Assembly: GCA_963833245.1 (NCBI GenBank)
Contig: CAWHXH010000006.1
Span: forward strand, 183,693-247,692
Direction: 5' to 3'
Source of the DNA: Pirellulaceae bacterium
GTDB lineage: Bacteria > Planctomycetota > Planctomycetia > Pirellulales > Pirellulaceae
DNA: 64,000 nucleotides
In this document: piece after piece, positions 39,164 through 47,823 of the stretch
How the letters are laid out: each line of letters begins with the position of its first letter
How positions within the stretch are numbered: the stretch's first letter is position 1
Made by a program: the position numbers and the translations under genes
The notes under the pieces: generated by a model
The model's input: only the letters and a program-made list of their open reading frames with translations
Database searches by the model: none
Told to the model about the DNA's origin: nothing

Positions 39164-40225
39164 ATGCTCCCCAACATCCTGACTTCGCTCTCGCCGCTGC
39201 TGGCCGCCGGCATGAACCCGACCGAGCACGCGGTGCCCCACCGGCTGCACGGCAGTCCCGTGTTCTCCTTTGGCGTTGCCGGTCCGGGCACCGATCTGCC
39301 GTTTTTGGGCATCCGCGACGGCCGCTATGAGTTTTTCTTCACCAACCACACCGTGATGACACTCGTTGTCGCGCTGGTGCTGATTGCCGTGGGGATGTTC
39401 TGCGCCCGACGCATCGGGATCTTTCACGGTCAAAATCTGACTCGTTATCAAACCAAAGGCCGCGTCGCCCAACTGTTTGAGATGATCTGTTCGTTCGTGC
39501 GCGATGAGGTCGCCTATCCGAACCTCAAAGGTCTGACCGACAAATACATCTACTTCATCTGGACGGTGTTCTTTTTCATCCTGTTTGCCAACATTTTGGG
39601 GGTCATCCCCTTTGGCTACATGTTGCAATTGGCGACCGGCGATGGTCATTACGCCCACTTCGGCGGTACCGCGACGGGCAATTTGGCGATGACCGGCGTG
39701 CTGGCGCTAATCAGCCTGTTCATGATCATTTGGGTGGGCATTCGCGAGACGTCGCCCAAGGAATTCTTCAACCACTTCAACCCGATCGGCTGGGGCGGCG
39801 GAGCGGGGATGGTGGCGATCGGGCTGCTGCTCTACTTCCTGGAGTGGCTGGGGTTGCTGATTAAGTGTTTTGTGTTGGCGATGCGGTTGTTCGGCACCAT
39901 GATGGCCGGGCACCTGGTGCTCGCCGCGTTCGTCGGTCTGATTTTTGTTGCCGGAGCGGCCGGGTCGGGGATGGGGTTTGCCGTCGCGGTGCCGGTCGTG
40001 CTGATCGCGATCGCGTTGACGCTGCTGGAGCTATTCGTCTGCTGCCTGCAGGCGTTCATTTTCACGTTCCTGACGGTCTTGTTCATCGCCGCCACTGCGG
40101 TCCACGAGCATCATGATGAGGACCACGACCACCAGTCGGACGCCAATCAAATGGACATGGACAAGATTTTCGACCCCGCCCGGATTTCCCCCGCCGTCGG
40201 CGCATCGCGGCCGGCAATGGCTTGA
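39164..40225 (+). CDS. atpB: F0F1 ATP synthase subunit a
   Basis: Conserved Arg motif VLAMRLFGTMMAGHLVL (compare LRLFGNMYAGE). Five TM helices. Start taken at MLPNIL; the N-terminal boundary is uncertain. Confidence 0.8.
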   Translation: MLPNILTSLSPLLAAGMNPTEHAVPHRLHGSPVFSFGVAGPGTDLPFLGIRDGRYEFFFTNHTVMTLVVALVLIAVGMFCARRIGIFHGQNLTRYQTKGRVAQLFEMICSFVRDEVAYPNLKGLTDKYIYFIWTVFFFILFANILGVIPFGYMLQLATGDGHYAHFGGTATGNLAMTGVLALISLFMIIWVGIRETSPKEFFNHFNPIGWGGGAGMVAIGLLLYFLEWLGLLIKCFVLAMRLFGTMMAGHLVLAAFVGLIFVAGAAGSGMGFAVAVPVVLIAIALTLLELFVCCLQAFIFTFLTVLFIAATAVHEHHDEDHDHQSDANQMDMDKIFDPARISPAVGASRPAMA

Positions 40226-40322
40226 GGGAAGTGGGAAAGGGCCACAGGACCACAGGACCACAGGACCACAGGGTTTAGTGCCTCCTGTGGTCCTGTGGCC
40301 CTGTGGCCCTTTCACACTTCCC
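40225..40322 (+). promoter_or_regulatory. long imperfect palindrome in atpB-atpE intergenic region (about 45-bp arms containing a CCACAGGAC x3 sub-repeat)
   Basis: GGGAAGTGGGAAAGGGCCACAGGACCACAGGACCACAGGACCACAGGG ttt agtg CCTCCTGTGGTCCTGTGGCCCTGTGGCCCTTTCACACTTCCCC. Confidence 0.5.
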
Positions 40323-40496
40323 CCACTTCTTCCCCCACCCCCCGTCGCGGCCATCGTGTCGGCCCGATAAGCTGCCGCCCGACAGATGGCCGGCCGGCCG
40401 CCGGCCTGAGCACCTCTCAGTTTTTCGACCCCTTAGACCCTCCTTTTTTGCTAGTCTCGGGTTCAATCAACCCCGGGCACCCGGAGCATCGATTAC

Positions 40497-40775
40497 ATGT
40501 TGGAAATGACGACCCTGTTGGCCCAAATTGAACCGGTACAAACGGTTGCCCCGATCCTCTTTGACAAGTTTGGACTGGGTATCGGCGTGGGCCTGGTCAT
40601 CCTGGGCGCCGGGCTGGGCATTGGCAAAATCGGCGGCGCGGCGGTCGAAGCGATGTCGCGTCAGCCGGAGTCCAGCGGCACGATCCAAACGGCGATGATC
40701 ATCGCCGCCGCTTTGATCGAAGGGGCAACGGTCATCGCCCTGGTCTTCATCCTGTTGTTGCTGTTGTTGGGTTGA
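40497..40775 (+). CDS. atpE: F0F1 ATP synthase subunit c
   Basis: GLGIGVGLVILGAGLGIGKIGGAAVEAMSRQPE...AALIEGATVIALVFILLL, carrying the conserved ion-binding Glu. Confidence 0.85.
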   Translation: MLEMTTLLAQIEPVQTVAPILFDKFGLGIGVGLVILGAGLGIGKIGGAAVEAMSRQPESSGTIQTAMIIAAALIEGATVIALVFILLLLLLG

Positions 40776-41536
40776 TCATGTTTCGCTGTTCCCTGGCCGC
40801 GGCGCTGCTCGCCGCCCTGCTGCTGCCCTCCATCTCATGGTCGCAAGACGATGAGTTGATGGAGGTCGATGCGACGGAGATCGTTCCTTCCAAGGTCGCC
40901 CGCGACATTGAAGCGGCCGATCATGTTGGCGACCCGGCTCACGGCGACGCTCACACTGCGGTCCATCGCAGCGATTTGCATGATGGCGATCTGGTGTCCT
41001 CGGAATTGCATGACGGTGTTCACCATGGTGACACCGAAGGCCCGGGGTTGCTATCGGTCGACTTTGGTTCGGCCATCTGGAACCTGATCATTTTCCTGGG
41101 CGTGTTGGCCATCCTGTCAACGTTCGTTTGGCCTCAGATCCTTAGTGGTCTAAAGGCCCGCGAAGATAAGATCCGCGAGGACCTGCAGTCTGCCGAGGCT
41201 GCCAACAAAACGGCTCAAGCCAACCTCGCTTCCTATCAGTCGCAGTTGGATGATGCGGGCACAAAAGTGTCCGCGATGATCGCTCAGGCTCGAATGGACG
41301 CCGAGGCGGCGGGGCAACGAATCATTGATGACGCCAAAGCCGAAGCCGCCACGCAGCGGCAACGGGCGTTGGCCGAAATTGATAACGCAAAGAAGGTCGC
41401 ATTGGCCGAGCTTGCCGACGAGACGTCGGCGATGGCCATGTCCGTCGCCCGTTCGGTTGTCGGTCGCGAGCTTCGGGCCGAAGATCATGCTGACCTGATT
41501 CGCGACGCGATGCAGCGGATGCCTAGTGCCAACTAA
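40772..41536 (+). CDS. atpF: F0F1 ATP synthase subunit b with about 100-aa N-terminal signal peptide plus His/Asp-rich extension
   Basis: Core NLIIFLGVLAILSTFVWPQILSGLKAREDKIREDLQSAEAANK matches the b-subunit TM/stalk. It is preceded by MFRCSLAAALLAALLLPSISWSQD and HVGDPAHGDAHTAVHRSDLHDGDLVSSELHDGVHHGD. ATGA overlap with atpE. Confidence 0.75.
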   Translation: MIMFRCSLAAALLAALLLPSISWSQDDELMEVDATEIVPSKVARDIEAADHVGDPAHGDAHTAVHRSDLHDGDLVSSELHDGVHHGDTEGPGLLSVDFGSAIWNLIIFLGVLAILSTFVWPQILSGLKAREDKIREDLQSAEAANKTAQANLASYQSQLDDAGTKVSAMIAQARMDAEAAGQRIIDDAKAEAATQRQRALAEIDNAKKVALAELADETSAMAMSVARSVVGRELRAEDHADLIRDAMQRMPSAN

Positions 41537-41538
41537 AC

Positions 41539-41680
41539 GGTAGCGGAAGTCGCCAAGACTTTCGGCTAGCCGGTAGCGGAAGTCGTCAAGACTTTCGGCT
41601 AGCCGGTAGCGGAAGTCGCCAAGACTTTCGGCTGTGTTTCGGTTTTGATGATGTCCGAAAGTCTTGGCGACTTCCGCTAC
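41539..41680. repeat. REP/BIME-like composite, family A: three direct copies plus one inverted copy, between atpF and atpH
   Basis: GGTAGCGGAAGTCGCCAAGACTTTCGGCTAGCC x3 (the middle copy has one substitution), then a 23-nt spacer, then CCGAAAGTCTTGGCGACTTCCGCTAC. Confidence 0.85.
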
Positions 41681-41706
41681 GTTCAGTCCTTTTACCTTTC
41701 AACCTT

Positions 41707-42345
41707 TTGCCCGCCCGAGTGACTCAAGCGACCCATTCGACCGTGCTGGACATCGGCGCCGAACAGGTCGGCCGGACCTACGCCCGGGCGTTGCTGGCGG
41801 CGTCGGAAAAGGCCGGTACAACCGACCAGGTGATGGAAGACCTCGCTTCGGTCGTCGATGAAGCGATCCATCAAAATCCTTCGCTCGCCGCGGCCCTGCA
41901 GTCTCCGCGGATCGATCTGGACGAGAAGACCCGCGTGATCGACCGGCTGTTTGCCGGGAAGGTTCATCCGACGCTGGTGATCGTCATGAAAGTCATGGCC
42001 GCCCGGGGTCGTTTGGGTTACCTGCCGGCGGTCCGAACCGCGGCCGACGAAATCTTTGACGAAGCGACCGGTCGGGCCGTTGCGGAGGTGCGCACCGCGG
42101 TGCCGCTCGACGAATCGCTCCGCACCGAAGTGATTGACCAATTGTCTCGGCGACTGGGTAAGCAGGTTCGTCTCCGCGAGAAAGTCGACCCGTCGGTGAT
42201 CGGCGGCATGGTCGTTCGTGTCGGTGACACGGTGTATGACTCCTCGGTCGCCAGCCGGTTGCAAAAGATCGGCCGGGCGGCATCGGCGGGATTTGCCCAT
42301 CGATTGATCGCCTCGGCGGATCAGTTTGCATCGCCGGCAGCTTAG
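41707..42345 (+). CDS. atpH: F0F1 ATP synthase subunit delta (OSCP)
   Basis: Length, position and sequence ([16 protein letters not shown]...[11 protein letters not shown]...[22 protein letters not shown]) match delta. Confidence 0.75.
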   Translation: MPARVTQATHSTVLDIGAEQVGRTYARALLAASEKAGTTDQVMEDLASVVDEAIHQNPSLAAALQSPRIDLDEKTRVIDRLFAGKVHPTLVIVMKVMAARGRLGYLPAVRTAADEIFDEATGRAVAEVRTAVPLDESLRTEVIDQLSRRLGKQVRLREKVDPSVIGGMVVRVGDTVYDSSVASRLQKIGRAASAGFAHRLIASADQFASPAA

Positions 42346-43912
42346 TCATTGTTATTTAAATCAACTTTCAAACCTTTATCCCAGTGACGTCCCGGTGAAG
42401 TTCAACAGCGATGAGATCGCTTCGGTCCTGACCGCCGAAATCGAAAATTTTGACAATCGGATCGACGTCCGCGAAGTCGGCACGGTGTTGGAGGTTTCCG
42501 ACGGGATCGCCCGCGTCTATGGCCTCTCGGGTGTCATGGCCGGCGAGATGGTCCAGTTTGAGAATGACGCGATCGGGTTGGCCTTCAACTTGGAGGAAAA
42601 TTCCGTCGGGATCATCATCCTGGGCGATTACCTGACGATCGCCGAGGGCGAAGAAGTCCGCGCCCTGGGCACGCTGCTGTCGGTCCCGTGCGGTGATGCG
42701 GTGATCGGCCGCGTTTTGGACCCGCTGGGCAATCCGCTCGACGGCAAAGGCCCGGTGCAAACCGAGCTGACCCGTCCGGTCGAAGTCATTGCCACCGGCG
42801 TCGCCGAACGGCAACCGGTGACCGAACCGATGCAAACGGGCATCAAAGCTGTCGATGCGATGACGCCGATTGGCCGCGGTCAACGCGAGCTGATCATTGG
42901 CGACCGTAAGACGGGTAAAACCGCCATCGCGATCGATGCGATCCTGAACCAAAAGGGCCAGGGCGTTAAGTGTTTCTACATTGCGATCGGCCAAAAGGAT
43001 TCGGCCGTCGCGAGCGTCGTTCAGGTGCTCGAGAAGCACGGGGCGATGGCTTATACGACCGTGATCGCGGCCGGGGCGTCGGCTCCCGCACCATTGCAAT
43101 ACATGGCCCCGTATGCCGGGACTGCGATGGCCGAGCACTTCATGTTCAACGGGGGCCATGCGTTGGTCGTTTATGACGATTTGTCCAAACAGGCGACCGC
43201 TTATCGACAGATGTCGCTACTGATGCGTCGTCCGCCGGGCCGCGAAGCCTATCCCGGGGACGTCTTCTACTGTCACTCCCGACTGCTCGAACGGTCCGCC
43301 AAGTTGTCCGATGCGTTGGGCGGCGGGTCGCTGACTAGCCTGCCGATCATCGAAACGCTCGAGGGCGAAGTGTCGGCTTACATTCCAACCAACGTGATTT
43401 CGATCACCGACGGTCAAATCTACGTTCAACCCGACTTGTTCTTCCGCGGCGTTCGGCCGGCGATGAATCCCGGCATCTCCGTTTCCCGCGTCGGCGGTGC
43501 GGCCCAGATCAAAGCGATGAAAAAGGTTTCCGGCGGTCTGCGACTTGACCTCGCCGCCTTCCGCGCCCTCGAAGCGTTCTCGCAAATGGGGACCGAGCTG
43601 GATCCCGAAACGCAGAAACAGGTCGATCAGGGCGTTCGGATGGTCGAGCTTCTCAAACAACCGCAGTATCAACCGATGCCGGTCGCCGAGCAGGTCGCGG
43701 TCCTGTTTGCCGGCACCAAGGGTCACCTGTCGGGGATTGCCGTCAAAAATATCCAGGCGTGGGAAAAAGAGTTCTTGCAACATCTCCGCGACAGCCACTC
43801 GGAAATCTTGTCGTCGATCACCGACACCGGCGCGATGAGCGACGAAATGACCGAGAAACTCGTGGGCGTCATCAAATCGTTCAACGAAAAATTCGTCCGG
43901 TCGCATAGCTAA
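42326..43912 (+). CDS. atpA: F0F1 ATP synthase subunit alpha
   Basis: Walker [19 protein letters not shown]; strong overall alpha-subunit similarity. The true start may be the in-frame GTG at 42395, since [12 protein letters not shown] aligns with E. coli MQLNSTEISELI. Confidence 0.9.
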   Translation: MHRRQLSHCYLNQLSNLYPSDVPVKFNSDEIASVLTAEIENFDNRIDVREVGTVLEVSDGIARVYGLSGVMAGEMVQFENDAIGLAFNLEENSVGIIILGDYLTIAEGEEVRALGTLLSVPCGDAVIGRVLDPLGNPLDGKGPVQTELTRPVEVIATGVAERQPVTEPMQTGIKAVDAMTPIGRGQRELIIGDRKTGKTAIAIDAILNQKGQGVKCFYIAIGQKDSAVASVVQVLEKHGAMAYTTVIAAGASAPAPLQYMAPYAGTAMAEHFMFNGGHALVVYDDLSKQATAYRQMSLLMRRPPGREAYPGDVFYCHSRLLERSAKLSDALGGGSLTSLPIIETLEGEVSAYIPTNVISITDGQIYVQPDLFFRGVRPAMNPGISVSRVGGAAQIKAMKKVSGGLRLDLAAFRALEAFSQMGTELDPETQKQVDQGVRMVELLKQPQYQPMPVAEQVAVLFAGTKGHLSGIAVKNIQAWEKEFLQHLRDSHSEILSSITDTGAMSDEMTEKLVGVIKSFNEKFVRSHS

Positions 43913-43926
43913 ACGGCCTGCCCACC

Positions 43927-43999
43927 GGTAGCGGAAGTCGCCAAGACTTTCGGTTTCTCCTCATTGATCGCGACCGAAAGTCTTGGCGACTTCCGCTAC
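43927..43999. repeat. REP/BIME-like inverted pair, family A, between atpA and atpG
   Basis: GGTAGCGGAAGTCGCCAAGACTTTCGG ... CCGAAAGTCTTGGCGACTTCCGCTAC. Confidence 0.85.
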
Positions 44000-44023
44000 T
44001 CATTTCCTAACCGCTCTCTTCCC

Positions 44024-44917
44024 ATGGCCAACGCTCGCGCACTCGACAAACGTCGCAAATCGATCGGCAACATCCGCAAGATCACGCGGACGATGGAGCT
44101 GATCGCGACGGCACGCTACAAAAAAGCGATGGACCGGGCCGCCGCGGCGACCGCGTACACCGATCAAATCACCCAAATTGTCCGTCGCTTGGCCGACTCG
44201 GGCACCGACGTGCAGCATCCGCTGCTTCAAACCCGTGACTCGATCGACCGTGCCGCGGTCTTGGTTCTGACCAGCAATCGCGGTTTGTGTGGCGGGTACA
44301 ACGCCAGCGTGCTGAGGACCGCGACGACGCGGATCGCTTCGGTTCGCGGCAACATTGACCATGTGACGGTCGATGCGGCGGGCAAGCGGGGGATCGATGG
44401 ACTCAAAGGCCGCGGGATGTCGGTCAGCCAAAAGTTCACCCAATTTGAAGATCAACCCAAGTACGCCGAAGTTGAGCAGATTGCGTCGGATTATTTGACG
44501 CGATACATCACCGGCGACATCGACCGATTGGACGTCGTCTATACCAAGTTCATCAGAACTTCGCGACAAACCGCGGTGGTAGAGACTTTGCTGCCGCTCG
44601 CTTCGTTGTCCGACGACGCGCCGCAGGTCGATGGTACCGGCGCCGGCGGGGCGACCGGACAATATGAGTTCCTTCCGTCGGCCGAGAGTATCTTGGAGGA
44701 GGTTGTGCCCACCTCTTTCAAGGTCAAGCTGTTCAAGTGCTTCCTCGACGCGGCCGTTTCGGAGCAGGTCGCTCGGATGATCGCCATGAAAGGTGCGACG
44801 GAGTCCGCCGGTGATATGATCAAAGAATTGTCGATGACCTACAACCGTGCCCGCCAGAGCCAAATTACCGGCGAGATCATGGAAATCATCGGTGGCGTCG
44901 AAGCGTTGGCGGGCTAA
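44024..44917 (+). CDS. atpG: F0F1 ATP synthase subunit gamma
   Basis: MANARALDKRRKSIGNIRKITRTMELIATARYKKA is the gamma N-terminal helix; the C-terminal helix is also conserved. The track ORF start at 43964 lies inside the REP element and is rejected. Confidence 0.8.
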   Translation: MANARALDKRRKSIGNIRKITRTMELIATARYKKAMDRAAAATAYTDQITQIVRRLADSGTDVQHPLLQTRDSIDRAAVLVLTSNRGLCGGYNASVLRTATTRIASVRGNIDHVTVDAAGKRGIDGLKGRGMSVSQKFTQFEDQPKYAEVEQIASDYLTRYITGDIDRLDVVYTKFIRTSRQTAVVETLLPLASLSDDAPQVDGTGAGGATGQYEFLPSAESILEEVVPTSFKVKLFKCFLDAAVSEQVARMIAMKGATESAGDMIKELSMTYNRARQSQITGEIMEIIGGVEALAG

Positions 44918-44947
44918 GCGTCTGGCCGAAGTAACGTTTAACGCATG

Positions 44948-45006
44948 AGCCGACGGCGCTAGCCGCGGGTTTAGGGCGTCGGAACCCGCGGCTAGCGCCG
45001 TCGGCT
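44948..45006. terminator. perfect 24-bp palindrome (bidirectional terminator-like) between convergent atpG and VKOR genes
   Basis: AGCCGACGGCGCTAGCCGCGGGTT tagggcgtcgg AACCCGCGGCTAGCGCCGTCGGCT. Confidence 0.6.
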
Positions 45007-45049
45007 CACTATCCCGGTCAGACCTTTAGAACCAAATTGGAATGAGATG

Positions 45050-46714
45050 CTAAGGTTGACGCTGGACCAAATCGGCGATCGTCCGGCCGCTGCCGACTTC
45101 GCCGACCAACGTGGACGTCGGCAACATCACTTTGGGCAACGCCCCCTCGCCGGCTTGGTTGTATAGATAGACGTTTTGTTTGATGAACGCCGACGGTAGG
45201 CTGCTAGCCAAATGCCCGGTCAATTTGTCGGGGTCGACCAACGAGTTGGCGTAATTGCGGGCTTCCAAAGAACCACGGGTTTGTTGCATCAAATAATCGT
45301 GCATCGGGGCAAACTGGCTGCGATCGGTCAACCAAACGGCGATCGCCAACTTGGCCAACTCGCACGCCACCTGGCCGCTGGATGTGCTGTTGCGAGCATA
45401 CGGGTTGCACGAATTGTGCAGCGGCACCGGCAGGGCCAAGACCGCCAGTCGGCCACCAAGTTGATCTTTGGCCTGCTGGATCGCCCGATGAGTCGCTTGG
45501 CAGTGGCTGCAGGTGTAGTCGAACATCTCGGCCAGGATGAACTCGTCGTCGGTTGAACCATGCAACGGCCAATCCGCGGCGTTGAGCTTGTGTTTACCGC
45601 CGACGACCGGTACCAACCGTTTGACCGGCACCGCGGCCGGTTCGGCGGCGGCGTCGGCGAGCAATGCGACCGGACCGACCGGCATCAGCGAAAACAGCGA
45701 CAGCCATTGACCGGTGGCCGCGCGGCGATGGGAGAGCGGTGATTCAAATACGTCGGGGGCTGAAATTTGCTCTCGGGTTGGTTCTCGCAGCGGGCTGCTC
45801 AGGACATTGCCGACCGGCGTGACCCGCGATCCGTCGTCGGCCGAGGGAGCCTGCGAAGCCTCCTGATCGTTGGCGATCGCGGCGGAATCGGGGACCGCAC
45901 GGCCGGGAGCTTCGAGCGTGGGTGCTTCCAACGTCGGCGCGGCAAGCGTCGGGGCTTCTAACGTCGGCGCTTCAACCACGGGCGAGTCCGGCAACGGCGA
46001 GTCAATCGCCGAGGGAGACCGGGGGGCGGCCACACCGGAAGAGGTTTCCGCGACGTCGTGCGTAATGATTTCGTAGGTCGCCGGCGGCTCGCTGAGCCAT
46101 TGGGCACCGATCAAACCAGCGGTCGCCAGGGATGAGAACGCGGCGACACCGAGCCGGGGCAGCGGCAATTGGAGACCGGCCATGCCCCGCCAGGCGACCG
46201 CCGCGGCGACCAAACCGCAGGTGTGGGCGACCAGGCAGTAGGGACACAGATGCCCGAGGTCGAAAATTTGAAGCCCCGTGAACCAGATCGCCGAACCGGC
46301 AGCGCAGGTCGTCAGGGTCAAAACGGCGGCGGCGGTCCAGCGTGATCCGGAGGTCAACGGCGGTGCCGTCGCGTTGCGGCGCCGGCGAATCAAAACGACG
46401 ACACACGCCGCGACAACCGCCCACAGACCGACTGCCGGCACCGCGACCGGGATTCCCGCGACTTTGGACCAACGACTGGTCAGCACGTGAGAACAATCGA
46501 CGACTCCGCCGTCGCATCCGGCCACCGACGAACCGGTCAAACCCGCATGAGCCAGGTAAATTGAAACGCCCAACGCGATCGTGGTCACGATGGCCAGAAC
46601 GGGCAACCACCAACCGGCCAGCGGGGACGAAGGGTTGGCTCCGGGATCGGGGGGGGCGGCGGCGTTCACGAGTTCTCGAAAATTATTTTGAGTCGCGGCG
46701 ATGCGGCCGGCCAA
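45050..46714 (-). CDS. vitamin K epoxide reductase (VKOR)-domain membrane protein fused to DsbA-like thioredoxin domain
   Basis: VKOR loop cysteines GCDGGVVDCSHVL and the TM CXXC (LCPYCLVAHTC); a Pro-rich linker with APTLEAPTL repeats; a C-terminal thioredoxin-fold FDYTCSHCQATH. Confidence 0.75.
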   Translation of the reverse strand: MAGRIAATQNNFRELVNAAAPPDPGANPSSPLAGWWLPVLAIVTTIALGVSIYLAHAGLTGSSVAGCDGGVVDCSHVLTSRWSKVAGIPVAVPAVGLWAVVAACVVVLIRRRRNATAPPLTSGSRWTAAAVLTLTTCAAGSAIWFTGLQIFDLGHLCPYCLVAHTCGLVAAAVAWRGMAGLQLPLPRLGVAAFSSLATAGLIGAQWLSEPPATYEIITHDVAETSSGVAAPRSPSAIDSPLPDSPVVEAPTLEAPTLAAPTLEAPTLEAPGRAVPDSAAIANDQEASQAPSADDGSRVTPVGNVLSSPLREPTREQISAPDVFESPLSHRRAATGQWLSLFSLMPVGPVALLADAAAEPAAVPVKRLVPVVGGKHKLNAADWPLHGSTDDEFILAEMFDYTCSHCQATHRAIQQAKDQLGGRLAVLALPVPLHNSCNPYARNSTSSGQVACELAKLAIAVWLTDRSQFAPMHDYLMQQTRGSLEARNYANSLVDPDKLTGHLASSLPSAFIKQNVYLYNQAGEGALPKVMLPTSTLVGEVGSGRTIADLVQRQP

Positions 46715-46854
46715 AGTGGCGGCCGGCGATCACTGCGGGGGGGCGGCGGTGGGCGGAGACGTGTCATATCCTGCGGCGTGATCTCGCGAAATCCTCAGGG
46801 ATTCAATTGTGAACCACAATCCCGCCTCACGTCGCCAAAATTTAAGCAACTTTA

Positions 46855-47523
46855 GTGCCCAATTTGCCTAAACCGCCCGCCGCGGTGGCGCTCGACATGG
46901 ACGGACTGCTCTTTGACACCGAGTCGATTTACTTCGACGTCGGCGACACGCTGCTGCGAAAACGGGGCTTGCGGTTCGATGCCGCCCTGCAACGCCGGAT
47001 GATGGGGCGGATCGGCACCGACGCGACCGCTCAAATGATCGATCACCACGGTCTGAGCGACACCGCCGAAGCTTTGTTGGCCGAAAGCGACGAAATTTAC
47101 GCGGGACTGCTTCCGACACGACTGCGACCGATGCCGCACCTAAGCGACTGGATCGCACGCATCGAAGCGGCGGGGGTGCCGATGGCGGTCACGACCAGCA
47201 GCCGACGGCGGTTCACCGATTTGATTCTCGGGACCGTGCCCTGGGCGGCCAATTTGCAATTCGTGCTCTGCGGCGATGATTTGACCCGCGGCAAACCGGA
47301 CCCCGAAATCTACCTCCGGGCGGCGAGTCAATTCGCGGTTGATCCGGCCGAAATGCTGGTTTTGGAGGACAGCCAACATGGGGTCGCCGCGGCCGTGGCC
47401 GCCGGAGCGATTGCTGTCGCGGTCCCCAACGTCCACACCGCTGAGCACGATTTTACGGGAGCGGTACTGGTTGCCGAGTCGTTGGGTGATCCAAGACTCT
47501 GGGGGATGCTGCCGGTTGAGTAG
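46855..47523 (+). CDS. HAD-IA family hydrolase (beta-phosphoglucomutase-like)
   Basis: Motif I LDMDGLLFDTE; motif GKPDPEIY; C-terminal acidic motif. Confidence 0.75.
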   Translation: MPNLPKPPAAVALDMDGLLFDTESIYFDVGDTLLRKRGLRFDAALQRRMMGRIGTDATAQMIDHHGLSDTAEALLAESDEIYAGLLPTRLRPMPHLSDWIARIEAAGVPMAVTTSSRRRFTDLILGTVPWAANLQFVLCGDDLTRGKPDPEIYLRAASQFAVDPAEMLVLEDSQHGVAAAVAAGAIAVAVPNVHTAEHDFTGAVLVAESLGDPRLWGMLPVE

Positions 47524-47550
47524 CGTTTCGTCCAACCCGGGAATTTGGTG

Positions 47551-47618
47551 GTAGCGGAAGTCGCCAAGACTTTCGCAATCGCCGGATCGCAACCGAAAGT
47601 CTTGGCGACTTCCGCTAC
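47551..47618. repeat. REP/BIME-like inverted pair, family A
   Basis: GTAGCGGAAGTCGCCAAGACTTTCG ... CCGAAAGTCTTGGCGACTTCCGCTAC. Confidence 0.85.
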
Positions 47619-47823
47619 AGCCGAGCCAATCAGTCCCCCCGGCTAAATCGCTCGACCTGCTGGTGCAACTGCCAATCGCCGGGGTCGTCGATCAGGCACG
47701 CCGTCTCGATCTGCAGCGCCTGACTCGACATCGCCCCGCAGGAACAGGATCTCGGCGAGCGTGTCGCGGTAAATGGTGCTGTCCGGTTCGGCGGCGACCG
47801 CTTGCCGGGCCAATCGCAAGGCC

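Noticed and set aside
43964-44023. Upstream start of atpG ORF (MIATESLGDFRYSF...)
   Set aside because: These codons are the translated REP element; the conserved gamma N-terminus begins at MANARALDKRRK (44024).
42368-44863. Minus-strand ORFs antisense to atpA and atpG
   Set aside because: The sense strand encodes unmistakable ATP synthase subunits.
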